Below are positions 1 through 11,317 of a stretch of 51,008 nt of DNA, in pieces. The translations under genes and the position numbers were made by a program. Source of the stretch: Acidimicrobiaceae bacterium (GTDB taxonomy: Bacteria > Actinomycetota > Acidimicrobiia > Acidimicrobiales > Ilumatobacteraceae); the NCBI GenBank assembly GCA_031413415.1, contig JANOET010000037.1, forward strand, positions 1 through 51,008, given 5' to 3'. Under the pieces are notes generated by a model. That model saw nothing but the letters and a program-made list of their open reading frames with translations, made no database searches and was not told the DNA's origin. Position 1 is the stretch's first letter. Every line of letters begins with the position of its first letter.

Positions 1-2
1 GT

Positions 3-1468
<1,466 letters not shown>

Positions 1469-1484
1469 GTTCGGCACCTCGGGT

Positions 1485-1535
1485 CGAGAACGAGGCATCC
1501 GTGCTACCCATGGGCGCACGGATGCCTCGTTCTCG
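1485..1535 (+). terminator. perfect 20-bp inverted repeat (stem-loop) after ilvC
   Basis: cgagaacgaggcatccgtgc (1485-1504) is the exact reverse complement of gcacggatgcctcgttctcg (1516-1535), with an 11-nt loop. It begins 17 nt after the ilvC stop. There is no U-tract, as is common in GC-rich actinobacteria. Confidence 0.5.
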
Positions 1536-1597
1536 TATGGTCCTGGTGAAATTCCGACTTGATGGGTCGGGAATTGCGGGTGTAGGTTCATCCACCT

Positions 1598-2911
1598 ATG
1601 AGCGACACCTGGGGTTTCGAAACACGTCAGATCCACGTCGGCGGCGAGCCCGACCCGACCACCGGCGCGCGTGCCGTGCCCATCTACCAGACCACGAGCT
1701 TTCAGTTCCGTGACGCCGAGCACGCAGCGAACCTGTTCGCCCTGGCCGAGATCGGCAACATCTACACCCGCATCATGAACCCCACGCAGGGCGCACTCGA
1801 GGCCCGCCTCAGCAGCCTCGAGGGCGGCGTCACCACCGCCGTCGGCCTGCCCGGCGCACTGGTCGTCAGCTCGGGTCAGTCGGCCGAGACCATCGCCATC
1901 CTCACCCTCGCCGAGGCGGGCGACCACATCGTCGCCAGCCCGTCGCTGTACGGCGGCACCTACAACCTGTTCCACTACACGTTGCCGAAGATGGGCATCG
2001 AGGTCACGTTCGTCGACGACCCGGACGACCTCGAGCAATGGGCGTCGGCCATCCGACCGAACACGAAGGCGTTCTACGGAGAGGTGCTCGCCAACCCGCG
2101 CAACGATGTGTTCGACATCGAGGGCGTCAGCAAGGTGGGCCACGACAACGGCATCCCGCTCATCGTCGACAACACGGTGCCCACGCCCTACCTCATCCGA
2201 CCCATCGAATGGGGCGCCGACATCGTCGTGCACAGTCTCACCAAGTTCATCGGCGGCCACGGCACGTCCATCGGCGGTGCGATCATCGACGGCGGTACCT
2301 TCGACTTCGGCGCCAGCGGCCGGTTCCCGAATCTCACCGAGCCCGACCCCAGCTACCACGGCCTGCCCTACTGGCCTGCACTCGGACCGGGCGCGTACAT
2401 CATCAAGGCGCGCGTCCAGATTCTGCGCGACCTCGGTGCGGCGGTGTCGCCGTTCAACGCGTTCGCCTTCCTGCAGGGTCTCGAGACGCTGAGTCTGCGC
2501 ATGGAGCGTCATTGGGCCAACGCCGACCGCGTCGCCCAGTTCCTCGTCGACCACCCGCAGGTCGAGCAGTTGGCCTATGCCGGCCTGCCGAGCAGCCCGT
2601 GGCACGAACGGGCGAAGAAGTACGGCGGCGGAAAGGGCTACGGCTCGGTGCTCGCGTTCGACATCGTAGGCGGCAAGGAGGCTGGTCAGAAGTTCGTGGG
2701 TGGCCTGAAGTTGCACAGCCACGTCGCCAACATCGGCGACGTCCGCAGCCTCGTCATCCACCCGGCCAGCACCACCCATAGCCAGCTCACCGAGAAGGAG
2801 CAGGCCTCCGCGGGTGTCCGCCCCGGCCTCGTGCGGCTCAGTGTGGGCCTCGAGAGCATCGATGACATCCTCGCCGACCTCGAGCTCGGGTTCGCCGCAG
2901 CGAAGGCCTGA
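1598..2911 (+). CDS. metY: O-acetylhomoserine sulfhydrylase (Cys/Met-metabolism PLP enzyme)
   Basis: 437-aa ORF: GFETRQIHVGGEPDPTTGARAVPIYQTTSFQF..., HSLTKFIGGHGTSIGG PLP-lysine region, C-terminal LVRLSVGLE. MetY/Met17 family. Confidence 0.9.
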   Translation: MSDTWGFETRQIHVGGEPDPTTGARAVPIYQTTSFQFRDAEHAANLFALAEIGNIYTRIMNPTQGALEARLSSLEGGVTTAVGLPGALVVSSGQSAETIAILTLAEAGDHIVASPSLYGGTYNLFHYTLPKMGIEVTFVDDPDDLEQWASAIRPNTKAFYGEVLANPRNDVFDIEGVSKVGHDNGIPLIVDNTVPTPYLIRPIEWGADIVVHSLTKFIGGHGTSIGGAIIDGGTFDFGASGRFPNLTEPDPSYHGLPYWPALGPGAYIIKARVQILRDLGAAVSPFNAFAFLQGLETLSLRMERHWANADRVAQFLVDHPQVEQLAYAGLPSSPWHERAKKYGGGKGYGSVLAFDIVGGKEAGQKFVGGLKLHSHVANIGDVRSLVIHPASTTHSQLTEKEQASAGVRPGLVRLSVGLESIDDILADLELGFAAAKA

Positions 2912-2919
2912 TCGCGCAC

Positions 2920-3960
2920 TCAGGCGGTGGGGCGGGCCGACCCGTGTCGCACCATCGCCGTGAGCCGCGACATCGCCGCCGCGTTGCCGAGCACCACCAT
3001 CACGTCGCCGGCGCGGAGCGGACCATCTGCTTCGTGCCAACGACGGACCTCGTCGCCGTGCCGTAGGCCGAGGATGTGTACGCCCGGGGCCGACTGCATG
3101 AGCGAGCGCAGATCGATGGCCTCGGCCGCCGAGTCGGCACCCACTTCCATCTCCTCGAGGCGCATGTCGGTGCCGGGGATTGCCAGCACGCCGAGGACCT
3201 CGGCGTCGAGGGCGGTCGCCGCCATGCTCGCGCCGACGCTCTCGTACACCGGCACGACGTGCGACGCGCCGGCGCGCATCAGACGATCGCTCCAGTTCGC
3301 GTCGCTGACCCGGGCGACGATCCGCAGTTCCGGCGCGAGAGAACGCGCCGTCAGCGCGACGACTGCATTCGACGGATCGTCGAGGGTGGTGATCAACGCC
3401 GCAGCGCGTTCCACCCCTGCGGCGCGCAACACCATGACGTCGCGGGCGTCGCCCTGCAGGAAGGCTGCGCCGACGGCGTCGACGGCGTCGACGATGTCGT
3501 CGTTCGAATCGTCGATCAGCACGAAGCGGTCGTTGCGCAACGCCGCGTCGGCCGACGCGCGGCCGACGCGGCCGAAGCCGACGATGACCACGTGGTCGTG
3601 CAGGTGTTGACGCATCTTCGATCTCCTTCTCTCGCGCAGCGCGGCCGAGACGTCGCCCGAGACGAACAGGGCGGTCAGTGACGCAGCTGAGTAGACGAAC
3701 ACACCGAACCCGGCCAGGATGACGCCCATGGTCCAGTAGCGACCAGCGGTCGTGAGTGGACGGACCTCTCCGTACCCGATCTGGCCCATCGTGATCATCG
3801 ACATGTACACCGCGTCGAGCCAACTCCAGCCTTCGATCGCAACGTACCCTGCCGACGCGATCGCCATGGTGGCCGCGGCAGCAATGAGCGGACCACGCAG
3901 GCGCCGCAGGACGAGAGCACGCGCGTGCGGATGGTCGGCCGACCCGGGGATGGCCCTCAT
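2920..3960 (-). CDS. 2-TM potassium channel with C-terminal RCK/TrkA domains (MthK/Kch-like)
   Basis: This is the C-terminal 346 codons of the 694-aa track ORF. Pore segment is SMITMGQIGYGEV flanked by two hydrophobic helices. VVIVGFGRVGR Rossmann (TrkA-N) and a TrkA-C-like tail follow. The upstream part of the track ORF is Arg/Gly-rich junk. Start ATG 3960 chosen; start is uncertain. Confidence 0.8.
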   Translation of the reverse strand: MRAIPGSADHPHARALVLRRLRGPLIAAAATMAIASAGYVAIEGWSWLDAVYMSMITMGQIGYGEVRPLTTAGRYWTMGVILAGFGVFVYSAASLTALFVSGDVSAALRERRRSKMRQHLHDHVVIVGFGRVGRASADAALRNDRFVLIDDSNDDIVDAVDAVGAAFLQGDARDVMVLRAAGVERAAALITTLDDPSNAVVALTARSLAPELRIVARVSDANWSDRLMRAGASHVVPVYESVGASMAATALDAEVLGVLAIPGTDMRLEEMEVGADSAAEAIDLRSLMQSAPGVHILGLRHGDEVRRWHEADGPLRAGDVMVVLGNAAAMSRLTAMVRHGSARPTA

Positions 3961-4011
3961 GCGCTCAGTCTGTCGTGGCCGCACACCTCGGCACAGAGTA
4001 CGTTGGCCCTT

Positions 4012-5001
4012 GTGTCCAGGGCCGTTCGCGTCGACCTCCGCGACGCCCACGTGGCTTCGTTGCGCCATGTCGTGGCGCCGGGGGCGAGGTACTCGGGCCA
4101 CCGTCGGCGCCAGATCGCCCAGGTGGCCATCGACGCAGCGCTGTCCTCGTCGCCGTCGCCGCCCTGGGTTCGACCCTACGGCGATCCGGCTCTGGACCTG
4201 GGGTACCGATTGGGCCGGCACGCAGGGACCATCGGAGAGCAGTGGTACGAGCAACTGGCGACCGATGGGTTCCATCCGCTCGAGTGGGTGGAGGTCGTGG
4301 GCGTGGTGGTCGCCGCGTTGCCGCCGGTCCTGTTCGCACGGGCCATCGGCGACCCGATTCCCGAACTGCCGCCTGCGGTCGACGGGCAGCCGCACGGTCG
4401 CGAAGCCACCGAGTTGGCTCCAGCCGCGTACAACTTCGTGCCCGTCGCGGCACCGGCCGATCGAGTCGCGTCCGTCGTGCAAGCCCTCAGTGCGCTCCCC
4501 GACGAATGGGCCAACCTCTGGCAGCTCGCGCAGGCGCAGTACATGAGCGACCGCGACATGGCCGATCCATTGTGGAACCGCGGCACGCTCACCCGACCGC
4601 AGATGGAGTTGGTGGCAGGGCGGCTGTCGTTGCTCCGCGAGTGCTTCTTTTGAACGACCTCTCATGCCGGCATGCTCAGTTGGAGCAGCCACGAGGACGG
4701 CACTCCTGCCGACATCGACGCGCTCGCGTCGGGGCGGGGTGACGGCGGCCTGCCGCACGGGGCCGGCCTGCTGGCGTTCACCGACGCCATTGCGGGCTGG
4801 AACGACCGCGTGCTCGACACGGCACGCGAACGGCTCGTGGTCCAGGCCGGCGACGCGTTCATGGTCGACGCGGCCGCCGTTGCAGCGAACTTCGAGATGA
4901 TGACGCGCGTCGCCGACGGCACGGGTGCCCGACACTCCGCCGACACGATCGAGTCGCGTCGCGCCGTCGCGACCCGACTGGGCATGGTCGAACGGCCCTG
5001 A
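4012..5001 (+). CDS. AhpD/carboxymuconolactone-decarboxylase (CMD) family protein, two track ORFs joined through in-frame TGA 4651-4653 (candidate selenocysteine; alternative: nonsense pseudogene)
   Basis: Track ORFs ending at 4653 and starting at 4672 share one frame. Read-through gives E(4606)-X11-C(4642)-X2-TGA-X3-H(4663), the AhpD-type motif. Downstream codons keep strong GC3 bias and a CMD-like C-terminal half. Start is uncertain: GTG 4012 lies 7 nt after a TACGTT -10-like hexamer (leaderless-type); GTG 4051 and 4072 are alternatives. Confidence 0.55.
4669..4690 (+). other. candidate bacterial SECIS-like hairpin downstream of TGA 4651-4653
   Basis: GGC(4669-71)/GCC(4688-90), bulged A4672, UGCUC(4673-77)/GAGCA(4683-87), apical loop AGUUG. 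The hairpin base lies 15 nt after the UGA. Confidence 0.3.
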
Positions 5002-5055
5002 CACCGATCACCGGCGTGTCGTACGGTCGAGTCGAGTGATCTCGAGGAGGCTCGA

Positions 5056-7977
5056 ATGCGCAGCTGGTGGCGGTACGTCGGAACGTGGTTGAGCCGACAC
5101 TCGGCGCTGGTGCTGGTCGGCGTCCTCGCATTGACGGCAGTGTTCTCGATCGGCCTCGGTCGGCTCGACTTCGCAACCGGTCAGGACAGCTACATCGACC
5201 CGAACTCGCAGGTCGCGAAGGACAACCGGGCGTACCAGGAACTGTTCGGTGGCGAGAGCATGGTGGTGCTGTTCACGGTCGAGGAGGGCAAGAACCTCGT
5301 CGACCTGTTCACCTCGGAGAACATCGATCAGATCGAGCAGGTCGAGGCCACGTTGTCCGACGACCCGTCGATCGTCTCGGTCGTGTCACCCGTGAAGTTG
5401 CTGCAGTGGACGAACGACCTCATCGCCGAGGGCACGGCCAGCGAGATCATCGCCAGGACCATCGAGCGAGACCCCAGCGACCAGTCCAAGACGTTGCGGC
5501 AGGCCGATGCGACGCTCACCACGCTGCGGCTCGGGGCCGCGGGCGAACAGTCCCTCGACAACCCCGAGTGGGTGAAGTTCCTCCTCTTCGACAACACCGG
5601 ATTCCGAATCGATTCGGACGCCCAACTCGTTGCGCCCGCCGACGACGAGTTGCAGGTTCGCCGGGCGCTGCGAGCGTTCATGCCCGATCCTCGGCACGCA
5701 GTGATGGCCGCAGTGCTCGTCGGCAACGCCCCGCTCGATGCGCTCGCTGAGGGCAGCGACGCCGTCGCCGCCGCATACGCGGGCCGCACGTTCGACAACG
5801 CCGACGTCGTGATCACCGGCACGCCGACCTTCCTGACCGACATCAACGACTATCTGCAGGGGGGCATGCTCACCCTGGGCGCCATCGCGGTGCTCGTGAT
5901 GGTCGTGATCCTGATCGTGGCGTTCCGGGTTCGGTGGCGACTGCTGCCGATGGTGGGCATGGTCGTCGGGGTGCTCTGGGGCTTCGGAGTGTTCGGCTTC
6001 ACCGGCACGAAGTTGTCGCTCGTCACGATCGCCGGCCTCCCGATCCTCATCGGACTGGGGATCGAGTTCTCGATCCAGGTCCACAACCGCATCGAGGAGG
6101 AGCGCACCATCGAACGTGTCGCCGACCCGTACGGGCAGACGCTGTCCTACATGGGACCGCCTCTGTTGGCCGCGACGGTCGCCGCGGTCATCGCGTTCAT
6201 GACCGTCAAGATCTCGAAGGTTCCCATGGTGCAGGACTTCGGCGTGCTGCTCTCGATCGGCATCGTCGCCCTGTTGGTGGCGGGCATCGTGGTGCCGCTC
6301 GCAGTCATCGGGTGGCGGGAGCGTCGCAAGCCCACCAGCGAGGCACCGAAGCCGAGCTGGGTTGAAGCGACCGTTCGTCGCCTCGGAAGCCTGCCGCGGA
6401 CCGCCGTGCTGCCGCTCGTGATCGTCGCCATCGCAGTTCCGGTGCTGGGGCTGCTGCTGGAGGGCGGGACGAAGATCGAGAGCGACCCGATCAACTGGGC
6501 GAACCAGGAGAGCGTGGCCATCCAGAACGCGCGCACGTTGGAGGATGCGACCGGCTTCTCGAGCACGCTCGGCGTGTTCGTGCAAGCGGATCCGCAGGTT
6601 GCCGAGAACGGTGTGTTCACCGACCAGATGGGTGCGTTCCAGATGTCGCTCGTGGAGCGGCAGCTGAGCGCGAACGACGAACTCGCCCAGGCGTCGAGTT
6701 TGGCCACCACGGTCGGATGGTTGAACGAGGTGCCGGGAGCGACCACCCTGGCGCCGACCGGCCTCGACATGCTCCAGGCCTACAACGCTGCACCGGTGTC
6801 GCTGCAGTCGCTGCTCGTCGCCAACAACGGGAATGCGGCGCAAGTGCTCTTCCAGGTGGGCCCCTCGTCGCTCGACGAGCGCGCCGTGGTGCTCGACCAC
6901 GTCGAACAGGCCATCGCCGCGCCGGTCGACGACGCGCTGCTCCCGAAGGGGGCGACCGCCACCACCGGTGGCCTCGCGGTCGTCGGTGTCGGTCTGCTCC
7001 AGAACATCACCGCCAATCGTGCCGAGCTGACGATCGTTGCCTTGCTGCTCGTCGGCGCATTCGTGATTCTGCGGTACCGCGACCTGGCCCGCGGGCTGAT
7101 CACGATGATCCCGGTGCTGCTCGCAGTCGGCATGTCCGCGGTGCTCGTACGGGTGCTGAACATCACGCTCAGCCCGCTCACCACCGTCGGCGGTCCGCTC
7201 GTGGTCGCCACGTGTGCCGAGTTCTCGGTGCTGCTCGTCGACCGCTACGCGGAACAGCGGGCTCGCGGGTTCGACCCCGAGACGAGCAACCGCACTGCGG
7301 CCGAGCGCACCGGACGGGCGTTCTTCACATCGGCGCTGACGACGCTGGGTGGCTTCGCCGTGCTGATGTTCAGCAGCCTTCCGCTGCTGGCCGACTTCGG
7401 CATGGTCGTGACGATCAACATCGCCGTCGCCCTGCTCGCCGCGCTCGTCGTCGTGCCGCCGTTGGTGAAGGAGGCCGACCGTCTTCGGCTGCTGGTGATG
7501 GGTCCGCGTCATCGGGCGGCGAACGCGGGTCGTCGCACGGTGGCGATGGGGCTGGCGTCGTTCCTGCTCGCGGTCGGTGGCATCGTGCTCGTCACGCGTG
7601 CCGTCGACGACACGAGCGCCGCAGCGTCAGAACCCCAGCGCACGGAGACGGCGGAGGCGCCTGCGACCATCCCGCCGCCCACCACCGTGGCGCCCACCAC
7701 GTCGTTGGCTCCCGACTCGACGTTGCCGGCAGGTCCTGCCGAGCGTCCGTCGGGCCTGGTCGCCGGGGTGTTCTACGACAGCCTCACCGCGGCGGGTGTC
7801 GACGCCGGTGTCGCTCGCTGCGCCGCCGACGACCTGATCGCCACCACGTCCGAGGCCGACCTGTTGGCGTTGGGCATCGCCGCCGCGCCGCGCCCCGCGG
7901 AGGTCGATGCGCTGCTCGCCGCAGCGGCCCTGCGCTGCGGAGTGACCCAGGAACAACTCGACGCTGCCGCAGGCTGA
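5056..7977 (+). CDS. MMPL/RND-superfamily membrane transporter with extra C-terminal TM + Ala-rich domain
   Basis: 973-aa ORF with N-terminal TM, a large loop, two blocks of multiple hydrophobic helices (RND/MMPL architecture) and a GAGGAGG SD 7 nt upstream. The last ~160 aa are an additional anchored domain. Confidence 0.85.
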   Translation: MRSWWRYVGTWLSRHSALVLVGVLALTAVFSIGLGRLDFATGQDSYIDPNSQVAKDNRAYQELFGGESMVVLFTVEEGKNLVDLFTSENIDQIEQVEATLSDDPSIVSVVSPVKLLQWTNDLIAEGTASEIIARTIERDPSDQSKTLRQADATLTTLRLGAAGEQSLDNPEWVKFLLFDNTGFRIDSDAQLVAPADDELQVRRALRAFMPDPRHAVMAAVLVGNAPLDALAEGSDAVAAAYAGRTFDNADVVITGTPTFLTDINDYLQGGMLTLGAIAVLVMVVILIVAFRVRWRLLPMVGMVVGVLWGFGVFGFTGTKLSLVTIAGLPILIGLGIEFSIQVHNRIEEERTIERVADPYGQTLSYMGPPLLAATVAAVIAFMTVKISKVPMVQDFGVLLSIGIVALLVAGIVVPLAVIGWRERRKPTSEAPKPSWVEATVRRLGSLPRTAVLPLVIVAIAVPVLGLLLEGGTKIESDPINWANQESVAIQNARTLEDATGFSSTLGVFVQADPQVAENGVFTDQMGAFQMSLVERQLSANDELAQASSLATTVGWLNEVPGATTLAPTGLDMLQAYNAAPVSLQSLLVANNGNAAQVLFQVGPSSLDERAVVLDHVEQAIAAPVDDALLPKGATATTGGLAVVGVGLLQNITANRAELTIVALLLVGAFVILRYRDLARGLITMIPVLLAVGMSAVLVRVLNITLSPLTTVGGPLVVATCAEFSVLLVDRYAEQRARGFDPETSNRTAAERTGRAFFTSALTTLGGFAVLMFSSLPLLADFGMVVTINIAVALLAALVVVPPLVKEADRLRLLVMGPRHRAANAGRRTVAMGLASFLLAVGGIVLVTRAVDDTSAAASEPQRTETAEAPATIPPPTTVAPTTSLAPDSTLPAGPAERPSGLVAGVFYDSLTAAGVDAGVARCAADDLIATTSEADLLALGIAAAPRPAEVDALLAAAALRCGVTQEQLDAAAG

Positions 7978-7985
7978 AGCGAACG

Positions 7986-10006
<2,021 letters not shown>

Positions 10007-10043
10007 TCAGGCTCACGAAACGCCCGCGGTAGCATCTCGTCAC

Positions 10044-11243
10044 GTGAACCGCACTTCTGCTCGTCTCGCCGCCATCGCCGAATCCGCCACCCTCGCCGTC
10101 GATGCGAAGGCCAAGGCATTGCAGGCCAAAGGTGAGAACGTCATCGGCTTCGGTGCCGGTGAACCCGACTTCCCCACGCCTGCGACCATCGTCGAGGCCG
10201 CCATCCGGGCCTGCAGCGACCCGAAGATGCACAAGTACTCTCCTGCGGCAGGGTTGCCGGCCCTTCGTGAGGCCATTGCGGGCAAGACGTTGCGCGACAG
10301 TGGCTTCTCCTGCGAGCCCAGCCAGGTGTTGGTCACCAACGGCGGCAAGCACGCCGTGTTCACCGCGTTCGCAGCGCTGTGCGACCCGGGCGACGAGGTC
10401 ATCTGTCCCGCGCCCTACTGGACCACGTATCCCGAGGCCATCACCTTGGCCGGTGGCGTTCCCGTCGTCGTGCAGACCGATGAGACAAGCGGTTTCAAGG
10501 TCACCGTCGAGCAGCTCGACGCTGCGCTCACGCCGCGCACCAAGGTGCTGCTGTTCGTCAGTCCCGACAACCCGTCCGGGGCCATCTACTCGCCCGACGA
10601 AGTCGAGGCCATCGGCCGCTGGGCCGTCGAGAAGGGCGTGTGGGTCCTCACCGACGAGATCTACGAGCATCTCGTCTACGGCGACCATCGCTTCGTGTCG
10701 ATGCCCACGGTGGTGCCCGAGCTGGCGAACCAGTGCGTCATCGTCAACGGCGTCGCCAAGACCTATGCGATGACCGGCTGGCGTGTCGGTTGGATGATCG
10801 GCCCGTCCGATGTGATGAAGGCCGCGATCAACTTCCAGTCGCACAGCACGAGCAACGTCACGAACGTGGCTCAGATGGCGGCGCTCGAAGCAGTGAGTGG
10901 CGATCTGTCGGCCGTCGAGATGATGCGCGAGGCGTTCCGTCGGAGGGCGATCACCATGCACCGCATGCTCAACGACATCCCCGGTGTCGCGGCGATCGAA
11001 CCGCAGGGCGCGTTCTACTGCTACCCGAACGTGAAGGACTTGCTCGGTCGACCACTCGGCCCCAACGGCACGGTGTCGAACTCCACGCTCGAACTCGCCG
11101 ATGCCATCCTCGGCGAGGCGAAGGTGGCGTTCGTGCCCGGCGAGGCGTTCGGAACGCCCGGGTACGCCCGCTTCAGCTTCGCGATGGCCGATGCCGACAT
11201 GGAAGAGGGCATTCGCCGCATCCACCAGTGGGTCACCGCCTGA
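10044..11243 (+). CDS. aspartate/aromatic-type PLP aminotransferase (class I)
   Basis: 399-aa ORF with GTG start: [34 protein letters not shown]..., [16 protein letters not shown] (PLP-Lys), YARFSFA tail. Confidence 0.85.
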   Translation: MNRTSARLAAIAESATLAVDAKAKALQAKGENVIGFGAGEPDFPTPATIVEAAIRACSDPKMHKYSPAAGLPALREAIAGKTLRDSGFSCEPSQVLVTNGGKHAVFTAFAALCDPGDEVICPAPYWTTYPEAITLAGGVPVVVQTDETSGFKVTVEQLDAALTPRTKVLLFVSPDNPSGAIYSPDEVEAIGRWAVEKGVWVLTDEIYEHLVYGDHRFVSMPTVVPELANQCVIVNGVAKTYAMTGWRVGWMIGPSDVMKAAINFQSHSTSNVTNVAQMAALEAVSGDLSAVEMMREAFRRRAITMHRMLNDIPGVAAIEPQGAFYCYPNVKDLLGRPLGPNGTVSNSTLELADAILGEAKVAFVPGEAFGTPGYARFSFAMADADMEEGIRRIHQWVTA

Positions 11244-11286
11244 TCCGTCGGGCCGCCGACACCTGACCTGTCGGCAATCGGACGGA
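11244..11286 (+). terminator. imperfect extended hairpin after the aminotransferase gene
   Basis: tccgtc(11244-49)/gacgga(11281-86) outer stem and gccgaca(11255-61)/tgtcggc(11269-75) inner stem with a 7-nt loop. No U-tract. Confidence 0.35.
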
Positions 11287-11317
11287 CGGGCACGCCCGCT
11301 GGGCGCACGCTGGTCGC

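Noticed and set aside
1469-1597. SAM riboswitch (SAM-I or SAM-IV) upstream of metY
   Set aside because: I could not find the conserved cores of either class in the spacer; only two simple hairpins are present.
2920-5004. N-terminal extensions of real genes in the ORF track (e.g. 694-aa K+ channel ORF, 827-aa zwf ORF, 667-aa gnd ORF, 833-aa thiB ORF, 947-aa dxs ORF, 751-aa deacylase ORF)
   Set aside because: In each case homology-like sequence starts only at an internal ATG or GTG, which often overlaps the upstream gene stop. The upstream part is low-complexity and overlaps a well-supported neighbouring gene.
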